A DNA stretch of 64,000 nucleotides from a virus (lineage: Duplodnaviria > Caudoviricetes): IMG/VR virus record IMGVR_UViG_3300020048_000002; one strand, given 5' to 3'. Below are positions 8,001-15,900 of the stretch, in pieces. The notes under the pieces were generated by a model that saw nothing but the letters and a program-made list of their open reading frames with translations, ran no database searches and had not been told where the DNA came from. Position numbers and translations under genes: made by a program. Each line of letters starts with the position of its first letter. The first letter of the stretch is position 1.

Positions 8001-10144
8001 AGGTACGCGGAGGAGTCGTTCCCGGTCCCGTCCCCCGCGTAGGCCCCAGCAAAGTAAGCCCAATCGTGAGAGAGGTCGTAACGACTTGTCGGGATCCCTT
8101 CCCATAGGGAGAGGCAAAGATCTGGGTAGGGTGAGTCCGTGAGGGTGGGATGGGACGAAGGCTCAAGGGTATCCCCTTCCTTCAAGTCCCCCGCCGCCAC
8201 AAACGAACCATCCCGCATCTTGAAGCGATGTTGCGGGGTACACGTCACGATACCCGCCTCCGTCACGACATGGACGAGGGACTTGACCCCGCCGTTGTAA
8301 GTGGCCGTGAGGGGCTTGTTGTCGAGCCCGTCCCAAATGACGTGTCCCTCGACTCCTCGAAAGGTGTCGGGTTCGTCGGGAAACCCCATCACACTCAAGG
8401 GAGTGAGCCGCCCATCCCGTACCACAAGGGTGTCGGGATGAACGCACTTGCCCATCTTGCGTTCCTCCTTCGTGACCTCCTGCTTGCCGAAGAACGCTCG
8501 GGCCGTGATGCTGTGGAGGTCGCCACCCCCCTCCATGAACTCCTTGATCCAAACCGGCTCGTTCGAGAGGTTCGTGACGATGCGAAGCTCCTCGCCCGCG
8601 TAGTCACACTTGACCATCGTGTAGCCGTCACGGGCCACGAAGCATTGTCGAATATCCGACGTCCCCGGAATCCCATGGATCGGAATCCCAGAGTACCCTT
8701 GGTCGTTGTCGCCAGCCGGAGCACTGAAACGACCCGTGGCAGCTCCAACCTGCTTGAAGTTGAAACGTAGCTCGTTGTTCGCATCGGGGTTGGTCGAGAG
8801 GCTTTCGAGATAAGTGCCAAGCATCTTATCTTCTTCTCGGTACGCCATGATCCACTTGAGAATCTCCGGCGCATTGTCACCAAGCTCCTCGGAAAGCTGG
8901 TGCATCGAGTCGTAGTCGGTCTTGTACTGGCCCGACTTCTCGTTCAGCGGTGGCTTCGGATTGATGTTGAGGCCACGCTCGCCAAACAAGAAATCCGAGA
9001 GTTGCTTGGGTGAGCCCGGCTCAAAGTCGGGAAAACCCTTATTCGCCGCAAGAGCAATGATCTTGGCTCGGTGCTCTTCACGAATGGCCCGGTGCTTGTC
9101 CCGAAGCTCCGTCAGCTTGTCTCGATCGACTCGAACGCGGTTGCGCTCCATGACTCGAACGACCTGGCTTACCTGCTTCTCCAGCCGGTATGCGAATGCC
9201 ATGCCCTTGTTATTGCGGATAACCGGCAACAAATCGGGACGGGCACATAGAAGGCGTGTGCAAATGGCATCCGACCCGGCATACCGGACGACACCGGGTT
9301 CGTCGGGTGAAAGCGAAGGGAAACTGATCTTCCGTCGATTCGGAAACAGTTCCTTCAGTTCGATCATCTCGTAAGGGTCGCCATCGGGTGACCGCAACAC
9401 TTCGGCGGCTTTTGCCTTGAGGCCGAGGTGTTTGTCTCCCGTGAAAAGCACGAAGTAGGCTAGTTGCCCGTCCTCGAAGCTATCCGGGTGCCAGTAGTCG
9501 ATACCCGTCACAGGGTAAAGGAACTCCTGGTCGAACTTGGCGTGCCAGAAGTCAATGATGACACGAGGGGGTGTCTCAAACGTCGTGAACCCAAGAGGGT
9601 CAAACTCACCTTCCTTGGGTTTCGGTTGGGCCTCTTGGCAAAGGCGGCGGATGGCCGCTTCAACCCGTTCGACGGGCTTGACGTTGATGTCGGGGCCACC
9701 GTCCGAGGGGTTGTGACGAACGGGGATGTAGTAGCCCTTTTTCGCTTCCCCTACGGCAATACAGAAACCGACGATTTGGTGAACCGTCCTCGGCTTTCCG
9801 ACTGCATCGTAGTTGATACGGTTGTCGAGACCTTCGGTTTCAAGGTCGAGCGACACATGACCGCACGCAAGAGCCTCCTCAACAATGGCCTCGACCTCTT
9901 CGGGCGTTTTGACGAGCACAAACTCGTGGTGCCGCATCCAAGGCTTGATGATGTCGGGCACATCCCTCTCGGCCTTCGTGCCCGTGGCGGACAAGAACGT
10001 GTCGAGGTCGTCCCCCTCATCCTCGTTCGGGGCCGAGGCTTTGGGCTTGCTAACGTGAGGTTGCGCTTGCGGGGCAGGAGCCGGTTCCGCCGTATTCAGG
10101 ATAGCGTAGATGTCGTCCAAGTCGTCTGTGTCGTTGTCGTTCAT
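5006..10144 (-). CDS. polA: family A DNA polymerase (3'-5' exonuclease plus polymerase, no 5'-3' exonuclease) with two inteins
   Basis: Exo I DLETEG, HAKFD, YAGSD; TGRFS; motif A DYAGEELR; motif B RKMGK|TANFALVYG; NYPIQG|SGADIMK; motif C VHDELV. Start at ATG 10144 (GAGGAG RBS, ATGA overlap). Confidence 0.95.
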   Translation of the reverse strand: MNDNDTDDLDDIYAILNTAEPAPAPQAQPHVSKPKASAPNEDEGDDLDTFLSATGTKAERDVPDIIKPWMRHHEFVLVKTPEEVEAIVEEALACGHVSLDLETEGLDNRINYDAVGKPRTVHQIVGFCIAVGEAKKGYYIPVRHNPSDGGPDINVKPVERVEAAIRRLCQEAQPKPKEGEFDPLGFTTFETPPRVIIDFWHAKFDQEFLYPVTGIDYWHPDSFEDGQLAYFVLFTGDKHLGLKAKAAEVLRSPDGDPYEMIELKELFPNRRKISFPSLSPDEPGVVRYAGSDAICTRLLCARPDLLPVIRNNKGMAFAYRLEKQVSQVVRVMERNRVRVDRDKLTELRDKHRAIREEHRAKIIALAANKGFPDFEPGSPKQLSDFLFGERGLNINPKPPLNEKSGQYKTDYDSMHQLSEELGDNAPEILKWIMAYREEDKMLGTYLESLSTNPDANNELRFNFKQVGAATGRFSAPAGDNDQGYSGIPIHGIPGTSDIRQCFVARDGYTMVKCDYAGEELRIVTNLSNEPVWIKEFMEGGGDLHSITARAFFGKQEVTKEERKMGKCVHPDTLVVRDGRLTPLSVMGFPDEPDTFRGVEGHVIWDGLDNKPLTATYNGGVKSLVHVVTEAGIVTCTPQHRFKMRDGSFVAAGDLKEGDTLEPSSHPTLTDSPYPDLCLSLWEGIPTSRYDLSHDWAYFAGAYAGDGTGNDSSAYLTHGEAEKIDAYGNPYEDWIRTLEDAATRCGLTTTRKDEKQLYLGSRVVVRLFTGLGLQRKHGKALRIPTWVLGAGRTSFLHYFAGLLDTDGTVGLDSPNLDWTTKDMVLAGQVAASLRAFGFDFQTELTFNRTYERHYVRLRLTVASSWEMRSYLRHEGKKARLREPKYAGRVTDRYVVKAVLPAEDGPCVDLTVEPTHVYWANGHVTHNTANFALVYGGGPASIMRATGCNKLEAQRRKQAFDKAVPTFANWVKGQHERVKKQLGVHTAFGRWVAIPDANAKLNEKDSNGRMLVSEDDVRALRAACERHATNYPIQGCLQAHSVVLTDQGYKSIGELEAQGTDGLRVWTGTKWATFTAHNMGRWQLADILLADGTTVECDTRHKLLVVTDEGYSWVEYADLKPGDRVATSLCKPVEMSPEPLPPMEEQPKARNKVAVANEALADLWYWLGRYMGDGWLDPRGGLSYTFGDHERAAIDACVSFWQSCGLNPQVIWSTHTPAVQSSTRARVEVWGVELTRWLSRVGFNPATAHTKRLPVRLFQETLAHRRSFMRGFMDSDGHRPPLDTAKGNPYNLHLCQRELLVDTKLLLRTLGVESCLRGPYQGVNSEGSETTSYRLDIQRRMFERNVMGRTELRHPKFHDMFAPSFLVRNLLSKGAWVRKDFSDESLYNMYLRLKTGGKVSVYTLDRLCKALGVVLDSPIYGFKRLASKIERTEEDDTFTLSVNDPLHRFEADGVITKNSGADIMKIAMVVLHKEFYRRGWLRNQTDTVRMLLTVHDELVFEVKHEKVFEVVPVFTEKMESPTKMARPPYSPPWKVPLITEPLIGESWGAEYSCHRAKEGEKPKEGGFIAHGYVYGKVPEALHPFIPAEGHVPEPAPVGVQPTEGVGKAHVVEPVAASVPATTVRPTPTLNPPTSEKASIATVRLTMTKAITVGQVRGAVARWISKTGPYLRLVDGFGNVLIDPNLKIRVDANKFARSLLEMNLSDGKVGEEVSS
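5777..7045 (-). mobile_element. intein 2 in PolA with LAGLIDADG endonuclease (423 aa)
   Basis: PIQG|CLQAHS ... GVITKN|S; endonuclease motifs LGRYMGDG and MRGFMDSDG. Confidence 0.9.
7370..8446 (-). mobile_element. intein 1 in PolA motif B with LAGLIDADG endonuclease (359 aa)
   Basis: K|CVHPDT ... HVTHN|T; endonuclease motifs FAGAYAGDG and FAGLLDTDG. Confidence 0.92.
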
Positions 10145-10557
10145 GGCTCCTCGACGATGACGATATACACCGACTCGCGCCAAAGCCGGACGACTTCGTA
10201 GCCCAGTTCAGTGGGGTGCCCCTCTGGCTGGAAGCAGTTGGGTAATTTCGGCGACTTAGGCACACAGTCAGGCTTGCGGTAAAACACACAATCTCCCCAC
10301 AACGCACACTGTCTGGCGTTCGGGGAGATTCGGTGTAGGATGAGATTTGGAGCGTAGCTGAGACCCTTTGTCAGCGGACTGGTCCAGCCATGAAGGGCAT
10401 GGTCCATCGTCTCCTTGCTGACCTTGCTGAAGTGCTCAGCGTAGGGAGTGCCCTTTAGCGGTGCCCACTCGGGCTCCCATTCGCCACCCTTTGAGCGAAC
10501 GAGCATGAGGTGCAGATCGCCCATCTCACGGGTTTGGAGCTTGATCTGACGGGGCAC
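10141..10557 (-). CDS. hypothetical Cys-rich protein (138 aa)
   Basis: Cx5Cx7Cx9C cluster; stop overlaps the polA start. Confidence 0.7.
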   Translation of the reverse strand: MPRQIKLQTREMGDLHLMLVRSKGGEWEPEWAPLKGTPYAEHFSKVSKETMDHALHGWTSPLTKGLSYAPNLILHRISPNARQCALWGDCVFYRKPDCVPKSPKLPNCFQPEGHPTELGYEVVRLWRESVYIVIVEEP

Positions 10558-11173
10558 GTTCGCGTTCTCCGATCTTCGCCAACACTTGCTGGAGTGCCTT
10601 CTGCACGTCCGGGCCTGTGGTGGTACCGTGCTCCAACCGGTAACGCAACCGATCTAGAAGGCTTCCTAGCTTCAGGTATGACTCACAACGGAATAGCGCC
10701 TTCGCTCCCACAAGACGGCGCTCACACACCCCAAAGAGTTGTTCCAGTTCAACGCTTACAGCTCTATCCTCGTCGAAGCGGATGGCCTCACGGGGCATCT
10801 CAGGAGTCTGGAGCCCGAAAGCTCGCTCCATGCTGGTCAGGGTACGAGTGAACGGCCCCTCAAGCTGCTCGAACTTCTTGAACAGAGTGATGCAGTCCCA
10901 CCGCTCCTGGCAGACGAAACACCAGACGCCTTCGGGTTTGCCGCCCTCCGAGGGGTAAAAGCGAGTGCTCGGCTTGTTGTCCTTGCCGTGGAACGGACAC
11001 GAGAACTGCTCGGGCTTGTGGCCCCCGTACCGGAGCCGGACACCGTTACGGGCAAGCACATCCTCACACGACACCTGTCTGTGAATCTGCGATACACGAA
11101 TGGCCACCCATTGGCGGAACGCCTCGGATTGACGGGCCTCTTTTTCAGCTTCACCACGAAAGTCTCGGCTCAC
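10526..11173 (-). CDS. primase-type CHC2 zinc-finger protein without a TOPRIM domain
   Basis: CPFH..D.KPS ... WCFVC...WDCI. Probable GTG start at 11173 overlapping the MTase stop (GTGA). Confidence 0.8.
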   Translation of the reverse strand: MSRDFRGEAEKEARQSEAFRQWVAIRVSQIHRQVSCEDVLARNGVRLRYGGHKPEQFSCPFHGKDNKPSTRFYPSEGGKPEGVWCFVCQERWDCITLFKKFEQLEGPFTRTLTSMERAFGLQTPEMPREAIRFDEDRAVSVELEQLFGVCERRLVGAKALFRCESYLKLGSLLDRLRYRLEHGTTTGPDVQKALQQVLAKIGERERAPSDQAPNP

Positions 11174-12963
11174 TCTTGGTCTAGCCCCATCATGGCATCG
11201 AACCCCTGCCGCTCCTTTTCGAGATCCTCGGCAGGACGCAACCGCTCCTCGATGAGCTTGTGGTACTCCGGGTTCAGTTCGACCCCGAGGTAGTCCCGGC
11301 GGAGATACTTGGCGACCGCGAGAGTCGTACCGGAGCCCGAAAAGGGATCGAGCACGAGATCCCCTTCCTTGGATCCTGCTCGGATACAAATCTCTGGAAG
11401 CTCCTCGGGGAAAGTCGCGAAATGGGCTCCCTTGTAGGGCTTCGGATTGATGTACCAGACGGTGCGTCGGTTGCGAGTCTGGGGTAGCCCGCTCTCCTTG
11501 TACCTGCTGAGCAGGTCAGTAAGGCCGCTGTTCCCACCGTTCCCAGCCCCATAGTGGAATGTTTCTGTGACCTTTGCGCCGGGCATGTGAGTGGTGACAG
11601 CGGGCTCACGGACAGCCTCGTGGTCGTAGAAATACCGCTCATTCTTGGTCAGGAGGAAGATGTACTCGTGGGCCTTGGTGGGCCGATCCGTGACGCTTTC
11701 CGGCATCACGTTTCCCTTCGCCCAGATGATGTCGGAGCGAAGGTACCAACCATCAGCTTGGAGGGCGAGTGCCACTCGGGCCGGAATTTGAGCGTCATCT
11801 TTGGGTTTCAGTACATACGCAGGACGAAAGTACCGATAAAGATGTTCTGGGATTTCAGAAAATCGAACCGTTATCTCCAAACGACGACGGGGATGGACGC
11901 GATGAACCGCAGAATGGGGGCGTACTCCATTTCGTGATGGCGAAACTGTTGGTGGCAATCTCGGCACAAAATCACCCCGTTCGACTCTTCCCACCGATGC
12001 TCTGGATGCGTCGAGTACGGGAGGATATGATGGGCTTCCAGATAGTCCCCCGTGTGACACAGGCGACAATGGTACTGATCGCGTTTCAGCACCTCCTTGC
12101 GCCATTTCACCGCTTCGGGACACATTCTCCCGTTCTGCCCGCCCGACCAAAGATAGTGGTTGTCCCGCTGATTGAAGCTGTACCAACACGTCGGACTGCA
12201 AAAGTGCTTGCCGTGCCGATTCTTCTTGATCTCCGCAACATACTTCTCGAACGGAATACCGCACGTCTTGCACGACACTTGTGGGGTTTGCTTCTTTCGT
12301 GTCGGACTTCCCGATCTCGCACAACTGCGAGAGCAGTACATCCCCTGCCCCATGCGTGTCTGACTTCGATGGATCGTGAAGGGGACCCCGCACTTGAGGC
12401 ACCCCCTCGTAAGGTAGCTCTCGGGACGCACTGTGTTCTTCAAGTGGCATTTCCGACACGTCCGACTCTGCCGGTTCATACTCTCCCCACAAACCGGACA
12501 GGGCTTCCCAGTACTCTTCGTCTGTGAGGTCTTCTCGGATGATGGCATGGTCTGACTGAATCCTACCACTAACGTAGGATGACGCAAGGTTGAGCCACAA
12601 CGTCCCATCGTCCCGAAGAACCCTGCGGACTTCGCGGAAGACCTTGACCATCTCGGCCACATAGGCATCGGGGGTCTGCTCTAGGCCGATCTGAGAGTCA
12701 ATGCGCTTGGCTCCACAATGGCAAACTGTCCTACTAAGACAGTTGGCTTTAGACGAGTGACCGGACTGGGCTCCCTGTGTCTGTTTAGGGCCATCCCACC
12801 TCGTAACCCCGTGAGGACATGACGGATCCCCACCCTCCCACTTGCCCGTACCGTAGTCCCGAAGCCCGAAGTAGGGAGGACTCGTCACGCAGGTTTGCAC
12901 GACCCCATCGGGGACTTCCTTGAGCTTCTCTCGAACATCGCCAAGTAGAACTACGTTTCTCAT
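11170..12963 (-). CDS. site-specific N4-C/N6-A DNA methyltransferase (beta class) with a large in-frame insertion
   Basis: GDV..L, TSPPY, LWLNL, GWYLRSDIIWAK, HEYIFLL, HFATFP, VLDPFSGSGTT. Start ATG 12963 with GAGG RBS. Confidence 0.93.
   Translation of the reverse strand: MRNVVLLGDVREKLKEVPDGVVQTCVTSPPYFGLRDYGTGKWEGGDPSCPHGVTRWDGPKQTQGAQSGHSSKANCLSRTVCHCGAKRIDSQIGLEQTPDAYVAEMVKVFREVRRVLRDDGTLWLNLASSYVSGRIQSDHAIIREDLTDEEYWEALSGLWGEYEPAESDVSEMPLEEHSASRELPYEGVPQVRGPLHDPSKSDTHGAGDVLLSQLCEIGKSDTKEANPTSVVQDVRYSVREVCCGDQEESARQALLQSDVLVQLQSAGQPLSLVGRAERENVSRSGEMAQGGAETRSVPLSPVSHGGLSGSPSYPPVLDASRASVGRVERGDFVPRLPPTVSPSRNGVRPHSAVHRVHPRRRLEITVRFSEIPEHLYRYFRPAYVLKPKDDAQIPARVALALQADGWYLRSDIIWAKGNVMPESVTDRPTKAHEYIFLLTKNERYFYDHEAVREPAVTTHMPGAKVTETFHYGAGNGGNSGLTDLLSRYKESGLPQTRNRRTVWYINPKPYKGAHFATFPEELPEICIRAGSKEGDLVLDPFSGSGTTLAVAKYLRRDYLGVELNPEYHKLIEERLRPAEDLEKERQGFDAMMGLDQE
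11871..12548 (-). CDS. HNH homing endonuclease with zinc-ribbon repeats, nested out of frame inside the MTase gene
   Basis: WRKEVLKRD.Y.C.LC....LEAHHI...N...LC..CH HNH signature, several CxxC and YCSxxC fingers, probable ATG at 12548. Confidence 0.88.
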   Translation of the reverse strand: MPSSEKTSQTKSTGKPCPVCGESMNRQSRTCRKCHLKNTVRPESYLTRGCLKCGVPFTIHRSQTRMGQGMYCSRSCARSGSPTRKKQTPQVSCKTCGIPFEKYVAEIKKNRHGKHFCSPTCWYSFNQRDNHYLWSGGQNGRMCPEAVKWRKEVLKRDQYHCRLCHTGDYLEAHHILPYSTHPEHRWEESNGVILCRDCHQQFRHHEMEYAPILRFIASIPVVVWR

Positions 12964-12970
12964 TTGATCC

Positions 12971-15900
12971 TCATACGTCAGCCATCGCATCGAGCACGGC
13001 TTGGTGGTCATCGATGCTCATGCCGCTGCCATCGGCCCCCTGATACGAGTCAAGATTGTAGATCCGACGACAGGCAAACTCGACCTTCGCCATGAAAGGC
13101 TCGATGAGCGGGTTGTCACGGTTCTTGAGGTTGCAGAACAGGGTGGTCCCGTTCTTCCGGTGCTCGTCGTTCAGGTAGGTGGTCGTGATCACGTCCGCCG
13201 ATTTTTCGCAGTTGTGCGAAAGGAACCCGTTCGTCGAGTACTCGTGATCTCCCGTCACCTCTAGGTCATAGACCCTGATGGGAGCTTCCTGCACAACACC
13301 TGTGACCTTCAAGGGCAGCACGCAATCCAACCGTTCTTGCAAAGTTGCTCTATCTGGGTCGGTCTCAGGCAACCTGTCAATGACTTCGCGGATAACGCCA
13401 AGGCTCGCGTAAACAGCCCCCATACGAATGCGTCGAGCGGCCTTTTTGGCAGCACGGCTCATCCCTGAGCATCGCTCCACAACGTCGGCGAGAAGCGTCC
13501 CGATAGGCCACGTCGCTCGATTGTCCTTGGTGCTGCCCACCACATTACGGAGGCGTTCGGTCTTGTGTGGCTCTGTGAACCCCACGGTCTCCATGAACGT
13601 CCGAACGCCTAGCCGTGACCCTATGCGCAACACGAAACGTTTGTAGGACTTGCCGTTCAATCGTGTGCTGCCTTCCGACAAGGTCGAGTCAATGCCAAGA
13701 CCGAGGAGCATTAGGTGAACTTCTTGCAAGAGACGTTCGGACTTCGCCGCCATTCCCAAGGCTACGCTGCCTTGATTGTTGATCGACCCGTCCGTGTCAA
13801 ACAACCCTTGCAAGAATGCCTGTACTTGAGACTTGGTTGCCCGTCGAATAACGTCAGGGACGGCAGTCGCCCGACCTTCCCCCACGACGACTCGCTTGAA
13901 CCATCTCGTCAGAGCCTTGTTGCTTTTCAGGAGATCGAACGATCCCGACCGTGACGGGCTCTCCAGCAAGGTCATGTCCTGTCCAAAAGTGCTTCGGAAC
14001 GCCTCCATGAGGCGAGTCCGGACAGCGACCTCTTTCCGATTCCCCGTGAAGCCTACAGTGCTCAGGCCCTCCTTGAAAACACCGTCGCCCATGAAGGCCC
14101 CGATCAAGTAGGCTAGGTCGCTCGTCAAGTGATTTGGCACCACAAGGGGCTGTTGTTTCATGCCTTGTGGTTTCTCGTATGCCTGAAAATCCAGGGCGGG
14201 AAGGTTAGGAGGATCCTTGGCGAAAGGGTAGTCTCCAAAGGTGGTGCCTACGTAGTCGCCAACCTTCAGGTTCTCCGCATAACCCCACCCCCAACCATCC
14301 AAACCTCCAACCCTCAGACGGTGGTTGGAAGTGACTTGAAGAGTGAGCCCCTTATCCGTCTGCACCCGGAGGGTAGGTCGTACCCCATTGTCGAAACGAT
14401 TCAGAACCGTTTTCCACCCCGAACGGCTCCACACCAAGGCACCCATGGGCACCGACTCAATGGGTACCAAGCCCTCGTCCGTAAGCACGAGAGTGCCCTC
14501 TGCTACGCACTCGTTGGCGTAGGAAAGTGCCGACGCCTTGTAGCGACCATCGTTCTTGTTGGCCTCTTCCTTACCTTGACGGTTGATCTGAAACAACATG
14601 AGGACGGGGATCTTCTCGCCGTGGTTGAAGTGGAGGCAGAACTTCTTGGTGTCGCGAATGATGGAGTTCAGCTCCACCACGTAGTCCTTCGACTTCTTAG
14701 CCTTCCGGGCTTCCATGAGCTGCCCGTGGTCGATGACGATGAGCCCGACCTCCATCTGCTTGTGGGTCAACTCCGCATCGAGGCGAATATCGTCGATGGT
14801 CATGTCGCGATCGGGGGACCGAATCTCGAACTGACAATACTCGGGGTTGTTGCAGAAGTCGTCGATGACCTTCTGGTAAAAGGCTTCCTCCTCGGGGGTG
14901 AGTTCCCCGTCACGGACTCTCCGGTAATCGAGGGGGCGATAACCCTGAGCCCGCCACTTTGCATGACTCGAATGAATGACGTAGACTTGCAGCCGTAGCT
15001 GTTCGTACGGCATTTCGAGCGAGTAGTAGAGGATGTTCGACTTGTAACGGGTGGCGAGGTTGTAGCACCAGTTGAGGGCGAACGATGTGTTATGCGTTAC
15101 GATGTCGTTCGCGACGAACGTGTGATGCTCTGGCACGGATAGGTCGTACGTCATCTCCCGTCCACGAGAGACGACGGAAGTAACTTGCTCCCAGGTGAGA
15201 TCGCCGTCTAGTACACGAGCCACGTCGGGGTATTGCCGGAAAAGCGTCGCAGTATCCGCCCGCATGGTGGACCGTCCCTTGACTTGGCTGGCATACCTAA
15301 ATTTACCGTGGACGAAAGGCACCTTAGCCCCATCGGGCACGAAGTCTGATGGGATGGACATGTCGTCCCCCGGCAACAACCGAGCACGAACTTCCGCGAA
15401 GTCGGCCTCTTTCCCGACCACCACGACTCGATGGGCAAACACTCGCTTGGACTCGCGCGTCACCACACGAACCGTGTGGAACGTGTAAGGCTCCCCCCTG
15501 TACGTGGTGTTCACCTGAGTGACCGTGGACTGAATGCCGAGACGTAGCAAGAGGGCCTGCACGTCAAGGCACAATCCACGGCTAACGGAGGCATACGAGA
15601 TGTCGTTTCGATGGCAATCGCTTTCACGATCATCTCGTTCATGGTCCCCGTGATGACATGAACCATCCGTCGACCACAAGGCCCCGATAAGCAAAGCGAC
15701 TTGGTCCTCGGGAAGGGAGAAGAAGTCGTCAGGGACGCGCTTATCGTAAGACCCCTTGCCATATAGGCCGAGCAAATCGAGAAGCCCTCTGACTGGAGAT
15801 TCCATAGGGCTGTTACCGTCGCCCGCGCTGTTGCTGACCCGCACGCTAGGGGCACGATTGGGTTGGAAAACCTCGCGAAACGTGGGGGTCACGTAGTCGG

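Noticed and set aside
11174-11389. N-terminal extension of the primase zinc-finger ORF
   Set aside because: Overlaps the MTase C-terminus; the GTGA-coupled start at 11173 is more plausible.
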